From Camelus ferus (Eukaryota), in assembly GCF_009834535.1 (NCBI RefSeq), contig NC_045696.1, positions 107,262,001 through 107,326,000 of the forward strand: a DNA stretch of 64,000 nt, in the 5' to 3' direction. The notes under the pieces were generated by a model. It worked only from the letters and a program-made list of their open reading frames with translations. It was not told where the DNA came from and searched no databases. How positions within the stretch are numbered: the first letter of the stretch is position 1; every line of letters starts with the position of its first letter. Positions 25,843-40,460 of the stretch are shown here, in pieces. The translations under genes and the position numbers were made by a program.

Positions 25843-26258
25843 CTGTGACAGAGACTGCTAGTGCTCATTATTATCTGTGTTCTTCTCTCTTTCATTAGCA
25901 CACTGCTATTCGACATTTCCCAGACACCTCTGTAGTTAGGTGGGATCATGAGACTCAGTTCCGACCAGTGGAATGTGGGTGAAAGTGATATATGTCACTT
26001 TAAGAGTGGGCCCTAAAATCTTCCTCCATACTTGCTTCCATTTTCAAGACAACTTCAAAAGCCATATTGTGATGACAGTGATAACACAAAAAGATAGAGG
26101 ACCTGTGCACCTGAATTTTTATATGAAGCAGAGGTATTGCCACCCTACTCCATTATACATATACACTGGATTGACATAAGAAAATAATACAAACTTCCAT
26201 TGTGTTAGCCACTAAGATCTGTTGCTTATTAGAGTGGTAGCGTATCATGACTAATACA
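25843..26258 (+). mobile_element. MaLR LTR (old MLT1) within an L2 remnant
   Basis: catttcccagac...gtagttaggtggg...gttccgaccagtggaatgtggg...gccactaagatctg...ctaataca. Confidence 0.7.
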
Positions 26259-26369
26259 GAAATCTTGAATACCTTTCTCTGACTGCTGTGTGAAGAATTA
26301 GTTAAAAGGAAAGAAAACAGTAGGAATACAAAGACTAGTTAAGACTCAACAATAACAACAACAACAACA

Positions 26370-27130
26370 AAAATCAATTAAAAAACACAGGACTCAAATA
26401 GACATTTCTCCAAAGATATACAAATTGCCAACAAGCATAAAAAAGGATACTCAACATCACTAATCTTTAGGAAAACAAAAATCAAAACCACAATGAGATA
26501 TCATCTCACATCCATTAGGATAGCTACTTTCAAGGAAAGAGGGAAGGAAGGAAGGGAGGAAGGAATGGTAGTTCCTCAAAAGAAGTATAGCAGTTCCTCA
26601 AAAAATTAAACTAGAGAACTACCAAATGGTCCAGCAATTTCTGAAAGCAGAGACTTGAACAGGTATTTGTACATCCATGTTTATGGCAACATTAATCATA
26701 ATAGCTAAAAGTGGAAGCAGCCAAGTATGTATCAACAGATGAATGGATAAACAAAATGTGGTAGATATATTCAATAGAATATTACTAGCCTTAAAAAAGG
26801 AGGACATTTTGACACATGCGACAGCATGGATGAACCTTGAGGACATTAAGCTAATTGAAATAAAAGAGTCATAAAAAGACAAATACCAGTGATTCCACTT
26901 ACATGAGGTACCTAGAACAAACAAATTTATAGAAACAGAAAGTAGGATGGTGATTGCCAGGGGCTGGGGAAATGGGAGAATGGGGAGTTGTTTAATAAGG
27001 GCAAAGTTTCAATTTTGTAAGATGAAAAAGTTCTGGAGATTGGGTGCACAACAATGGGATTATACTTAACAATACTGAACTATAGACACTTAAAAATGTT
27101 ATGTTATGTGTATTTTACCACAATTTTTAA
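26370..27130 (+). mobile_element. L1MB-like 3' fragment
   Basis: gacatttctccaaag, catggatgaaccttgaggacatt, tattttaccacaat. Confidence 0.85.
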
Positions 27131-27570
27131 AAAGACTAGTTAACATAAATGTGTTAATACACTACACTGTATATCTGAAACTAATAAAATATTTTATGTC
27201 ATTCATATCTCAAATAAATAACGACAGGATTCCAAGTGAAAAGATGATGGTGGCTTGGTAGCCGACTTGAGTGGTATGGTGACCACGTAGACAGAGACTA
27301 GAAGAATTCAAGATATATTGCAAGTTAGAAGAGACAGGATAAACTGGAATTGTGAGAGGAAAGGAATCAGGTATGACACCTGGCTTTTAGCTAATGGGTG
27401 AATGGCAATACCATTTAACAAAATGAAAAAGACTGAATAATGGATTAATGAAGGGGAGTGAAGGGGGCAGTTTAAAAGTAAGAGAATCAAGAATTCATTT
27501 TGATTGTTTTAAGTTCAAAATACCTATGAGATATACAAGATATACAATATCAAGGAAACAGACTGATAAA

Positions 27571-28070
27571 TGTGGCATATTGTATTTTCTAAAGATGACT
27601 GAAAGAACATCTTCAATACTGCGTGTTTTTCTTCCTATATTATTTAGACACCACCTCTTAATGAGGGGACAGTCAATTTCCCTTCTCTTGAATACGGGCA
27701 GGCTTATCACTATGCAGAAGTAAAGCTATGCAACTTCCAAGGCTGTCACAAAAGCTGAACACCCTTAAGAGAATTGTTTTTGGAACCTAGCCATCATGCT
27801 ATGACAAAGCCCAAGCAATCTATGTAGAAATCCACATGGAGAGGGACGAAGGCCCCCAACTCACAGCCAGCCAAGGAGCTCCCAGTCAACTGTTAACAAC
27901 CACTTGTCAGCAATATGAGTAAGCCACCCTAGACGATACCACATGGAACAGAGACAAGGCCTCTCCACCCAAGTCCTGCCCAAATGCAGATCTATGAGCA
28001 AAAGAAAAATGTTTAATGTTTTAAACCACTCAGTTTTGAAGTTTTTACACAGTAATAGATAATGGATACA
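27571..28070 (+). mobile_element. MaLR LTR (MLT1F/G-like)
   Basis: ggaacctagccatcatgctatgacaaagcccaag...ccctctccacccaagtcctgcccaaatgcaga...ttttaaaccactcagttttg. Confidence 0.75.
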
Positions 28071-29338
28071 ATATATAACTCTGGAACTCAGAGAAGAGGT
28101 CTTGTGTAGAAACATAAATTTGTGAATCAGCCATATATCAATATATTTAAAATCACAGGATTAAACAGGATCACCCAAGGAAGAGATCAAGAGAAAAAAT
28201 AATTTCAAAATAAAGCTCTAAGTCCAATATAAAAAACTAAGCATACAAAAGACATCACTAATTAACTCTGAATTCTTCATCAATTGCCTAAATAAAGAGA
28301 TAGAAACATCAGACATTCTGTTAGTTTCACTGCCATACAATTACCAGGGCATTCTCATCTGCTCAAATCCAGACTAACTACTCTTTAACTTGATAATCAG
28401 TCAGCATTCAGAGAATCCCTTAGGGATCCCCCTTGTCTCTCTAAAATTTGATTTCCTTGTTCCTATATTGTTCACTTCCTTCTTTCATTGAAGTTTACTC
28501 CCTCCTTTAGGTGGGTGGAGCAAATCACACAATAGCTTTCAGAGAAGACAGTGAGGAAGAAAAATTTCTGGACAGCTCACATGTCTTAAAATGTCTGTAT
28601 GTTATACTTGTACTTAATGATCTGACTGGGTAAGGAAATCTAGCTTGGAAATCATTTTCCCTCAGAATTTGAGGGCATTGCTCACTGTCTTCTAGATTGT
28701 TGCAGGTAAGAATATTTAATCTCTGTACTGTGACCCACTTCCCCTACTCTGGAAATTTATAGATCCTCTTTGTCCCACGTATTCCAAAATTTCACAATGA
28801 CATTCAGTGTCTGTGTGTATTGGTTATTAAGCTATTGTCCCAGACTTCAAACCTACTCTTCTCTACTGTGCTTTGTAATATTGAGGGGCTGGAACCCTAC
28901 AAATCACACTTCTTTTCTATCTGGCTTCCTGTTAGACTCTGCCAAAAAGGGACACTAGAAAGACACTGGAAGACTGAAGGAGGGAACAGGGAGATACTCC
29001 TTCAGCTCAGCATCAATCTTCACTCTGGCAATAGCAATGGTTCCAGTATCAGCAATTGGTTCCAGTTAGCAATTTTTTGCTTTTGTGTTTTTCCTATCAT
29101 TCCCAGACTAGTCTTACCAAGTCTCCTAAAATACCTTTTCTTCCTGAGCAGGCAGCAACTCCTGAGAATTTTGGGTTTCAGTTACTCAGAGCCACTTTTT
29201 AAGCTTCTAAATTCTAATAATCCCAATCTCTTCTCTTTGTTCTCCCAATCCTAGGGGCTAGTAATTACTTCCTACAGTTACTATCTTTGTGATAACTCAG
29301 TGTTCTCTTACTGCCTTTTCAGTTCTCCAATTATCTAG

Positions 29339-29761
29339 TCTATTAGTTTTTGAGGGCGGCTATAACAAATTAACACAAACTGGGTTGGCTTAGAACAGAA
29401 ATCCATCTCACAGTTCTAGAGGCCACAAGTCTGAAATCAAAGTACTGGCCATTATCTGTCTGAAGGCATCACTAAGGATCTGTTTCAGACCTGTCTTCTA
29501 GCTTCTGGTAGCCTCAAGCATTCCTTGGCTTGTAGATGGTCATCTTCCCTCTGTGTATGCCTGTGTCCAAATTTATGTCTAAATTACCCCACTGTTTTCA
29601 AAGAACATCAGTCATATTGGCTTAAGAGGACACTCCAACGACTTGACTTTAACTTGATTACCTCTGTAAAGACACTATGTCCAAACAAGATCACATTCTG
29701 AGGTATCGCGGTTAGGACTTTAACGTATCTTTTTGGGGGGGACACAACTCAACTCGTAACA
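29339..29761 (-). mobile_element. MaLR LTR (MLT1B/C-like)
   Basis: ctcacagttctagaggccacaagtctgaaatcaa...gatcacattctgaggt...gggggacacaactcaac. Confidence 0.8.
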
Positions 29762-30599
29762 TCTGGCTAAACAGTTCTTTACATTATAAAATTCTGTTAT
29801 AAGTGGTATGGTCTCCATTTTTCTGACTAGACCTTGATTCAAACCATATTTATCTATTTTCATCCATTTTCCTTGAGTACCCAGAGAGCCTCTCAAATGC
29901 AAAATGATGTTCCTCAACTCTGGATATTTTTCTTGAATATTTCACTAATATTTCCTCTCCACTATTTTCTCTGTTCTCTCTTGCCCTCACTTCTGTTACT
30001 TGGAAGTTATCTCCTAGACTGATCTTTGAATTTTATTTTTTTTAACCTGTTTTTTTCCATCTTTTCCTCTACCTTATGCAAGGTCTCCTTTACTTTAACT
30101 TCCATTCTTCTATTCTTTCTTGCTATTTTCCTCTAATTTTCAAGAGCTCTTTTTTATTTCCTCCAAATTCTTTTTTTCTATTTTGTTTTGGTCTCTTCAA
30201 TAAAAGCTTTCCTCATGAATCTGGTGATCCTTGACTGTCTGTTCATATTTAAAAGTAGGGCCCTAAAAACTGTGAATAATTTAGAGTTCTTCTCCTTGGG
30301 CTACCAAGTGAAGCATCCTCTAACTTCCTACTTGATTGTCAGGATTTGGGGATCCCAGTAGGAGAATGGACCTCACTGAAGGTCCTAACATTGAACACAT
30401 TCACTTAATCAAGGTGTTTTCTGTAGGACACCTGGCCTTCAATTACATCTAGTATCCACCCCTCTCTAAGAGACACTGTTATTTTGTTCACTGCAGAGGA
30501 TAAATCTTCAGTCTTCTGCTGAGGCAGTAAAGAGTGCAGTCACTTAACTACACAAATTGACAGAGATCTAGGCTCATGCTGCCTTTATTTATTTATTTT

Positions 30600-31035
30600 T
30601 GGGTAATAGATTACTGAGCTATAACTCAAAATACTATATAACTGACCCATTTAAAGCATATGGTTCAACGGATTTCAGTATATTCACAGTTGTGCAACCA
30701 TCATCACCATCGTTTTAGAACATTTCATCAGCACGAAAAAGAAACCCTACACCCTTGAGCAGTCATTTCCCATTTCCCTCTAACCTCCCCTATTTCCAGC
30801 CCTAGGCAACCACTAATTTACTGTGTCTCTACAGATTTGCATTTTCTGGACATTTCATACAAATGGAATCATATGTGGTCTTTTGTGACTGGCTTCTTTC
30901 ATATAAACATATTGTCAAGGTTCATCATGTTATAACATGTATGAGCAGTTTATTCCTTTTTATTGCAATATGTGTTTTATTTATCCATTTATCAGTTGAT
31001 GACACTTGGGTTGTTTCTACTTTTTGGCTATTATG
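30600..31035 (-). mobile_element. L1MB-like 3'UTR
   Basis: cagccctaggcaaccactaatttact, ggacatttcatacaaatggaatcat, tgactggcttctttc. Confidence 0.85.
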
Positions 31036-32720
31036 ATTGATTGAGATGGCTTCTTAAACAGGCTTCCAACCAAGTCTTCTATTTTTAGCATCATTCTCAT
31101 CCTTTCTTCTATAAAAATACCTGATGCTGCCAATTCTGGAGCCTGAGGATTCTTATCCATTTTCCCTACTGCCAGTTTAGATTGAACATTCTGAAGTCTA
31201 CTAAGATGTTTCTATCAGTCTGCTGCTTTCCAGCTTCCATATTTTATTGCTTCTTTCATTTTCTTTACCTGTGTAGCTTAAATCTTTAAAAAAAAATATC
31301 CTATATGATCACCTTGGTAGGCTTTGGAGGGGAATAAAAGTAAATGTATTTTTTACTCATCCATCTTCACACAGTTCTTTCAATTATTTTTAGTCTTTAT
31401 TCTAACATATGCATTTTAAGGCTATAAACTTTCCTTTCAGCATGGCTCACCTGGATCCCTTAAGTTGTGTAATATTTTCATCGTTCAGTTCAAAACAGTT
31501 TAATGTTATTTCTTCTTTACTCCCTGGGTTACTTAGGAGTATACTGGTTAGTTTCCAAACAGCTGACAATTTTCTAGTTATTTTTGTAACTGATTTCTGG
31601 TACAATTCCAACATGTCAGAGCACGCATGCTAGAACTAATTATGTCCATCTTTTGTATGGTCCAGCACATGTCAATTTGGGGGAAATTTCCATAGACCTT
31701 TAAAAATATACTCTGCAGGTACTGGGTGAAATGTTCTATACATGTAATTACTCATTTATTAATTATGCTGTTCCAATCTTCTCTTTTGACTTTTCTGTCT
31801 TGTTGCTCTACTAATTACTCATAGAGTTATGCTAAAATATCCCAAATTATGGTTATGGATTTGTCTGATTCTCCTTTTAGTTCTGTCAGTTTTTTACCTA
31901 CCAGGTTGGCAAAAATCAGAATGATAATGCAAAGTTAAGGACACTATCTGCTGGTAAAGGTATAAATTGGTATGTTTTTTCTGAATAGTAGTTTGACAAG
32001 TTAGCAACATTTAAAATATCTATCTTTGTATTCTTTTACATCTAGAAATTGATTCTAAAGCTCTTAATGTGTGCCAAGCACTGCTTAGCAGTTAAATGGA
32101 TTCACAAATTCCCATTTAAATCTTATAATAATCCTTTGATTAGGTATCAACCCCATATTACAGATGAGAAAAATGAGGCTTATAGAGACGTAAGCCCAAA
32201 CAAATAGCAATAAAGTCTATACTGGAATCTAAGTTGTATATACACACACACATGTATACATATACATGTATATTACTGCCTGGAACAGCTTCTTGCTTAG
32301 AGCCAATTTATTTTGCCAGTTACGATATACCAACTACAGACAGAGCTAATGAAAACGTCTCATTTAAAATGGCCTGTTCTCAGTATGACAACTGCCCCAT
32401 TCTTCAAAGTATATGCACTTATGTTCTGCACTTAGATAACAAGATAAACAGCAATGCATACAAACATTATGTGTTCTATGATTTATTTCTTCAATATTTT
32501 GCTTTGCTTACTTTTTGAGATTTTACATTAAAAATATCTCATATCTCTAATAAGTCTATCCTACCAATTCTTAGTCATAACTTCCATGAAATGAACTAGA
32601 CTAAATTAAAGCAAACAGCTTCAGGAAGTTCCAAGACTGTAAACTGAAGCTTGCACGGGAGTCAAAGTAGTAGTAGTCTAGAAGCTTTATCAAAGGAAAT
32701 CAGAACCATTACAATAAGAA

Positions 32721-32870
32721 CAAGGTAGGCAAACCTTTCCTTTAAAGGGCCAGATTGTAAATATTTTAGTCTTTATGGTCCACACTCAGTCTGTCACATA
32801 TTATTCTTTTTTTTTTTTAACAATCTTTAAAAACGTAAAAACATTCTTAGCTGAGGGCAGTACAAATAGG
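32721..32870. mobile_element. MER58-like hAT DNA transposon
   Basis: ggcaaacc...taaagggccagattgtaaatattttag...aaaacattcttagct. Confidence 0.7.
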
Positions 32871-33891
32871 GTTTCTGAGGAGTACCAATTAAAATAGTGA
32901 ATTTCATAAAGTTTCTTTAAAAAGGAATTAACACAGAAAGCAAAACATACAGGAAAGCAAACAACAGCAACAAACTTACAGAAGCTAAAAGACAGGTGGA
33001 CAACTGGTAACTAACTCAATGAATTCCATGAGCTGAAAAACCCCATTTATACCTCACAATCCTCAAAAGATTCAGGAACTGGCAGCACCTGGTACTGCTG
33101 AAACTGCGAGGAGGAGTGAAAGCTAGGAAGGAGTTAATTCCTCAGACATTTCCGTCCCAAATATTACTGACTGGCTGGCTATTTCACTCTGAACTAGGAG
33201 CCACTAGATATAACTAACAATCTACATACCCTACCAAAAGTGGAGGAATGAGAAATCCAGTTCATCACCAAAAAAACCAACCAACCAACCAACAAACAAA
33301 AAACTGGTGGCCAAACCTTCAGCCCTCAAGCAGATAGTTTTCCTTCATGAACCTGACCCAAGAGGAAATCACCTCCTGGACATTAATCAGGGTTTTCTCA
33401 AAAAAATGGTTCACTTGGACCACCACACAAAGAAGTTCAAAGTCTTTTAAGTCCCTATCAATTCAGACTTTCACTCACTAGATAACATCCAAGGAGTACT
33501 GACACATGAAGTAAGCCTCTAACAAAAGTTAGAGATCAATTTAGAAGGAACAGAATCTAAAAAAAGAAAAAAGATTTTAAAAAAAGTAATTTACAGCCTC
33601 AGAAATTAGAGAAGACGGTGCTTCACTGACACAATAACAAGATGTTCTCTATAATAGAGAATTTTTAAGAGAACAAAAAGAACTCTTGGGAAATCAAAAT
33701 CTTGACAGTAAAAATGAAAAATTCAACCAGAAAGCTTAGAAAATAAAGTTAAGGAAACCTCTTTTAAAATAGAGCAAAACAGACTAGGAGGTGAAAAGTA
33801 AGAGAGAAAAGGTAGTATTAGAGGACTAGTCTAAGAGAGCCAAACAAATAACAGAAGTTTCAGAGAAACAAAGGGGAGGAGAGGAAACCAC

Positions 33892-34254
33892 CGTTATGGA
33901 CTGAACTATGTCCCCTCAAATTTCACATGCTGAAGCCCTACCCCCCAATGTGACTGTATCCGGAGATATGGCCTTTAGGAGATAATTATGGTTAAATGAG
34001 GTAATAATGGTGGGGCCCTAATTCAACAGGACTGGTATCCTCCTAAGAGGAGGAAAGATACAGCTCTTTCCACAGAAAGCCTTGTAAGTAAAAAGGTGGC
34101 TGTCTACAAGCCAAGAAGAGAATTCATCAGAAACCAATCCTGATGGCACCTTGATCTTGGACTTCTAGCCTCCAAAACTGGGAGAAAATTAGTATCTGCT
34201 ATTTAAACCACACAGTCTGTGGTATTTTTAATAGCAGCCCTAGCAGATTAATCT
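33892..34254 (+). mobile_element. MaLR LTR (MLT1A-like) inside an old L1ME/HAL1 remnant (~32900-34780)
   Basis: gttatggactgaactatgtcccc...ggagatatggcctttagg...gatcttggacttctagcctccaaaactg. Confidence 0.85.
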
Positions 34255-34793
34255 AATCATCAATGAAAAAATTCAAGAAAATTTCCCAGAACTAATGAAC
34301 ATAATTTTGCAGATTTGGAGGACACAACAAATACTATCAAGGGAAACACACAAAAATAGATGTATGCCAAGTCACAAGCTAATGAAATGTACAAAATTCC
34401 AGAAAGGCAAAAACATTACAATCAGGAATCAGAATGTCTCCAGAATTCTTGAAAGGATTACAAGTTAGAAAATAATAGAAAGATGCCTTCAGAATTCAGA
34501 TGTGAAGTTATTTTCAACCTGGAACTCATTCACAACCAACCAAATCAGTGAAAAAAAAAAATTTTTTTTTAAGTTTTTATTAATGCAAGATCTCAAACTT
34601 TCACAGGAATCTACTGTGGGATAGAGGCCAAATCAATAAAAAAGAATTAAATGATTCACAGGAAATAAGAGATTAAAGGCAAAGGGAGTCACTAGTTTTA
34701 CAGTAAAGGGAGAAATCCCAAGAAACTACTATGGACCAGCCAGAGAACTGGTTCAATCAGGTTCAAAAACTAATAGACAAAAACAGGAATTCT

Positions 34794-34798
34794 ACACA

Positions 34799-34829
<31 letters not shown>

Positions 34830-34830
34830 T
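34794..34830 (+). repeat. (CA)n microsatellite
   Basis: Direct reading. Confidence 0.9.
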
Positions 34831-37800
34831 ACTCAAAAGAAATGAGGGTGTCTGTGCACTAAAAGACTTGTAAGTAAATGTTCATAGCTGCTTTATTCAC
34901 AACAGCTAAAAAACTGGAAATAAATCAAATATTCATTAATGCTGATTTTTTAAAGTTATATTTCATCCAACAAAATACCATCATCAGTAAAAAAGACCAA
35001 CTACTGCTGCACCCAATATCACAGATGAATCTTACATAGAACATTATGTTCAATGTTAAGTAATAGTAGCCATCCACAGAAGAGTATATACTGTATGGTT
35101 CCACTTATATTAAGAACAGACCAAAACAACCTATGGTGATGCAGGTCAAAATAGTGATTACTTTGCAGGGCAGGAGATACAGATTGCGAGGAGGCATGAG
35201 AGAGCCTTCTGGAGCACTGGGAACATTCTACACCTGATCTGGGTGATAGGTGATATGATGTCTACAAATGTAAAAATTCATTGAGGTACACTTTGAAATT
35301 TGGGCACTTTTCAGTTAAAAAAAAATTAATGAATACTTTCTCAAAACAAGGTTTTAAAGAAATTAATGGGATTTTCAATTGGATCCCACAACAGAAACTA
35401 ATGAAAAGGAAAATTTTCTAAGGCCTTATACACAAAGATCTTTATTTCAAAGTTATTTACAATATGAAAAAAACTGGAAATAACACTTAAATGAGTGCCA
35501 TGCAAATTCTGGATTTCTCTGGTGCGGGAGAGAATATATTATTTGGTGTCTGTTACTAGCAGCCAAACTTAATACTTAGTAACCCAAGGAAGCCATCTGC
35601 CACAGAGAAGAGCATGTTCACAGGCTCCAAGGCAAAAAAAGAGCTTGGCTATTCAAGGACCAAAAAGTAGCCTAAAAGAAAAAGAAAATGGCAAGAGATG
35701 CAGCTAGAAGTTGGTAAAACCAAATCACGGAAGGCTTTATAGGTCTTTTTAAGAACAGGGAAAAGAAACGTGAAAAAAAAATAGAAAAATTAAAGTAACT
35801 GACTTTCTAGGGCAGCAGAATTCTGGAAGGGAAAGGTTGTACAGGAAGCATTCTAAATGCTTCTAAAAATAAAAATGTTATTTAAAAAACATATAGTATC
35901 TGGAAGTGATTATTTCCAAAAAATTTTCCAATGCCTTATTTAATTAATAAAACATTTTTATAATATAGTTAGAATACTCAAAAAGTACAAGTAATATTAA
36001 ATTTTGTTTATATTATTTGAATTGATCTAAATGCAACATGATTTCAAAGCATCTACTAAAAGTTCTGGAAGGCTGATTCCTTAATTTAAAAAAAAAGCTT
36101 TTTAGATGTATCCATTTTTAAAAAAGATTTCCCCAAGCCATATTCTCACTGCTTTATTCAATTGGTCTGTTTGAACAAAAGCAGAAATCATTCATATCAT
36201 ACTTAGCCAATTCAGTACTTCTTAAGTACAATTTAAGGAATAAAGAATAAGAGCATCTGTGTTTCAACAGTTTATTTTAGCAGGTATTTATTTAAACAAA
36301 AATAAGCCATTATAAATAAACACAAGCTTTTAAAAGTAGCTTCTAATCTGTTTCAGACCAAAAAAGTAAAGCATACCCTCCAGAAATATTTCACCTGATA
36401 GTTTTCTACGCTACCTTTGTTACACCATTCAACTCTTGTTATATAAATGTAAGAAAAATACCAAGGAAACCCTACGCTGCTGGTATTAAGAGAAACTTTA
36501 GAGTTAAGAGGGGAAAAAACATGAAGAATAAATATATAAAAGCTCTCTAATTCCCCAAATGGAACAAATGGTTTTCAGAATGTTTTGCTCAATAAGCAGA
36601 CTGCTCAACAATCTGGTTCTTGACAGATGAACAAAATGACAAAATTGCAAAATGTAAAAGTGTACTGTTCTACCAAAAAGAGAAAAAACATTTAGTTATA
36701 TGAATAAACTTAGTTATGTGATAAGTAATACACTGTTCACATCTACTTTAAAGGCTTCCAACGATTCAGTTTCTTCATCAAAACTAAACTCCAAACTAAA
36801 CTCTAGCAGTAAAACTTGTAAGAGATTCACTCACTTTTTAGTGGGTCATAGGATTCAACTGTAGACACGATATTATTTTTGTTAATACATTCTAGTTAGA
36901 AAAAGACTTTACAGTAGACTTTAAATCATTGTTTCAATGACTCAAACAATGCAAGGCACGAAGGTTCCTCTGATCTTATACAGAAGTTTTGAATCTACAT
37001 GAGAAGGCGTTAATACACAAAATGCAAAGTAATGTGAAGCAAACAACACAAAATGACATTGCAAGAAATGAAAAAGTATAGTTTCATAAAGAATATATTG
37101 AAATTTTTTTTTTTAAAAGAATACACGGAACTTGAGTTAGAAGTCAAGTCAGAAATCAAGATTTGAATCTCAGGTCTGCTATCATCACTAGTGAGTGAAT
37201 TTAACTAAGTTAGTCTGGATGGATTACATTTTCTTTATCTATTAAACAGAATGCTGGGTTCCAATATTCCCACAACACTGTTCCATGGTATTATGAGACA
37301 AGCCCACATAAGATAAAAAACCAAAGGAATGATAAAACAGTAAGAGCTACAGATTCAAAGGAAAGCAACAACACAGGGTACAGAAAGATCTGGAAGGCTG
37401 CCCTAGAGGACCAAAAATGAAACTTCAACAAAATTCGACTTTATCTGCTGCTTAATTTAAGGAGGAAAATTCCTTTTAAAGAACAGGCACGCTATGTACA
37501 GGCAGTAAAGTCTCAACAAATATGAAGATAGAAAAATACAAAGTCTCAATGAGAAGTGATTGATTTGGTTAGGGTGGACAGCTCCTGCAGAGTGTCATTA
37601 GAAAAAATAGGTTTTGAGCAGATTGTTAGAAGGCTGGGAATTCTGAACTATACTCTGTAAATAACAGATGAACAAAATAACAGATGAACAAAACCAATGT
37701 AAATAACAGAGTATAAATAAATAAATGCTGGTTTAACAGTGAGGGATATGTTCAAAGCATTATTTTAAGAATAAGGCAGAAGGCAGGGCATACTGAGTAG

Positions 37801-37841
37801 GGAGAAAAGACTGGCAGAAAACCCAGTTAAAAGCCAGTGGG

Positions 37842-37987
37842 TGGGAGGAGGGTATAGCTCAAGTGGTAGAGTGCATGCTTAGCATGCAGGAGGTCCTGGG
37901 TTGAATCCCCAGCACCTCCATTAATTAATTAATTAATTAAAACAAGCAAATCCCCCCACCCCCTGCAAAAAAAAAAAAAAAAAAAAA
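37842..37987 (+). mobile_element. tRNA-Ala-derived SINE (camelid Vic-1-like)
   Basis: ggtatagctcaagtggtagagtgcatgcttagcatgcaggaggtcctgggttgaatccccagcacctcca plus A-tail; 13-bp TSD aaaagccagtggg (37829-37841, 37988-38000). Confidence 0.92.
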
Positions 37988-39479
37988 AAAAGCCAGTGGG
38001 AAGGAACAGATTTCTGAAAGAAATTTCAGAAAACGGCCGACAAAAATTGGTCAATGTTAACTTATGTGGATACAGAAAGTCAAAGATAAACCCAAGGTTT
38101 ATGTCTGGGTAATGTAAAACATGACAATACCACCCAAACAAAGTCAGCATATGGAATCAGTTTTGAAGGGAAGACTATCAAGTCTACCTTTCAAATAAAA
38201 TGAAGACCATCCAGATAGAATTGTTGCCTTATTAAATAATCTTTAAATGTCATTTTTGGTCCTGTCAGTTGTCTCCCAAAAACAGCACAGCAAAGTATTT
38301 ATGGAAAATTTGTTAAATGCTTAGTGATTTCAAAAGTTTCCTCCAACTCTACTTATCAACTTAACAATTAAATACTCATTTAGTCTTCTGATGTAGGTAG
38401 ATAACATTTGGTATTTTTCCACATTATAAAGGTAAGTCAATTGTAAAAATTATTAAACTGTAAGAGAAAAAAAGAGACTGCATCTGTATCTCCTAAATTA
38501 AGTTTTCCTGACAAGTGATTTATAACAATAACCACATCAAATCTACCTTAAGCTTTGGCAGGAAAGTTCTCAAAGATCCAAAAGAAAAATAAATCCAGTG
38601 GCATAAAGTCATCACTCAGTATCTAACAAAATGTTTGATGTATGCCTCAAGTTTTATTTACCTGGACCTGAAAGCACTGGTAAAATATGGACTAAAGATA
38701 ATGCTTAGAAAAGTAAAGCAAACAATTTAAAATTAAATACATCAACAAGCACAGCTGAGAAATCTTGAACATTCCGCAGTGTTTACAGGTCTCAATTTTC
38801 CAAAGAAGAAAATTCCGAAGTTTGTGATTAAGATGAAATAAAACTATCAACCAATGTATATTTCTTGAGTTTCTATCGAACTGTGTGTGAATAGGATGCC
38901 TACTTAAGAACTAAACATCATTAACAATTACTAAACAAACAAAACCTTCTTGGATCATTTCATTTATTCTGCGAACTCGCTGAAGATTGAGACTTCAGGT
39001 ACAGTGCTTTCCAGGTGTCTAATAAATTGTATGGCTGGTCTTTCGTAAATCTACCACAAAGTAAGATTTTTAAAAATGAATACCTCTTGCAACACTTACC
39101 TATTTTGGCCGAACACTGACTGAGCTTCTTTGCTCACCATCCAAGACGGGATTAGTGACTTCTCCTTAACTTCATTCTTTCCTAACTCCCATGGTTTCTT
39201 ACCAAATCTAACGGGTAGAATTATTTTTAAGTGACTAATTCATTAGTTCGGCGTTAACTGAGCGTCTATAATGTTAGGGTTCTCAGCCCTGCACAAAAGC
39301 CAGCTTCCTAAGCGTCTAACGGCAAATTTAACTTCTATGGACACACATAAGAAAGGTTACAAAACCAACCATGGAGATACATTTCTTTTAAATCGGATAT
39401 ATTACAACTCAAGTCAAAAGCTCACAGCCCGAGCAACTCGCGCAAGGATCCACATCCATAAGATTAAAATAACCCAGAT

Positions 39480-40460
39480 TTCCCAAGGAGGGGGGAAACG
39501 GCTGGTGGTGGGGTGGGGGAGGGGCGTGAGGAGCATCCCGAGCACGTCCACCCACCGCACAGGGAACTGCTCCCTCCCCCTCCTCTTGGGCTGGAGGTGA
39601 GCAAGCCCCTTTCCCTCCTCTACCACGTTCCTACCTTCCCAGCCTCAGATTACGCCACAACGCCACAACGACTTTTGGGGAGAAAAAAAAAACGGGAAGG
39701 GTGTGCGCTACACACTCGACCTCCCAGCCTCCCGGGGGGGCCGGCCCCGGCGCTCACTGCGCCCCTACGCTCCGGGGACGGACAGGGATGCCGCAAGGCC
39801 GCGCCGCCCGGGTCAGTGGCCGGAGGGGCGCGCGGAGCCGCGGGACAAACGCCCAGGCCAGGCCGAGCGGCCTCCCCGCCCCCTCCGGCTCAGCTCCGGG
39901 CCGGCAGACGGCGCCCCCAAGGCTAACTTCGCCGGGGAAGAGGAAGCGCCGCGTCAAGTAACAAGCTGTGTGGACTCTCCAGGCAAGGAAAGGCTGTATG
40001 CGTCTGCCTGCCTGCAGGACCGCCTCACCTCCCTTGTGCCAAGCCCGGGCGGCCCCAGCTCACCTGAGGAGGGAACCGGGACGCCGCCGCGGCCGCCGCG
40101 ATGGCCGTTACGGCACGAGGCCTCCGCTCAGCCGCCGCGTAGCTCTCAGGAGAGGGGCGGGGCGCGCGCGGCGGGCGGGCGGGCGGGGCTGCTGCGCCGA
40201 CTGGCCGCGAGGCCGTAGGCGGATCCGCGCGGGCAGGAAGCCCCCTCCTTGCCCAATCTGATAGGCTCAGTCGCCCCCTTCCTTCCTATCCCTGACGCGG
40301 GGGGATCTGCTCCGCGCGAGGATTGGGCAGGCGCGTCTGTCAATCAAGCGCTGTGGTGGCTGTGAAGCGAGCTGAGGCCGCTTCGCGAAGGGAAAGCGAG
40401 AGAGTGAGGAGCTCCTGGGCTGAACTGAGACTTGTCGCTTTTGTCTCCCTGGCTGCTCTG
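39480..40460. promoter_or_regulatory. NCK1: CpG island / probable bidirectional promoter of NCK1
   Basis: Only strongly CpG-rich non-repeat stretch. GC boxes at 40154-40162 and 40181-40188; CCAAT at 40253-40257 and opposite-orientation ATTGG at 40322-40326. Confidence 0.9.
40064..40200 (-). other. NCK1: NCK1 non-coding exon 1 (5' boundary approximate); intron 1 runs to the left end of the window
   Basis: Minus strand reads ...gaggcctcgtgccgtaacggccatcgcggcggccgcggcggcgtcccggttccctcctcag|GTGAGC. This resembles the recalled NCK1 5'UTR and ends in a consensus donor at 40063. It lies in a CpG island just downstream of SLC35G2. Confidence 0.8.

Noticed and set aside
37659..37693. Short direct repeat aaataacagatgaaca x2
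   Set aside because: Simple 16-bp tandem duplication with no spacers; not CRISPR-like.
37842..37920. tRNA-Ala(AGC)-like sequences (also ~19195-19266, 47832-47910, 54796-54872)
   Set aside because: They have mismatched stems, A-rich tails and flanking TSDs or host-repeat context, so they are SINEs rather than tRNA genes.
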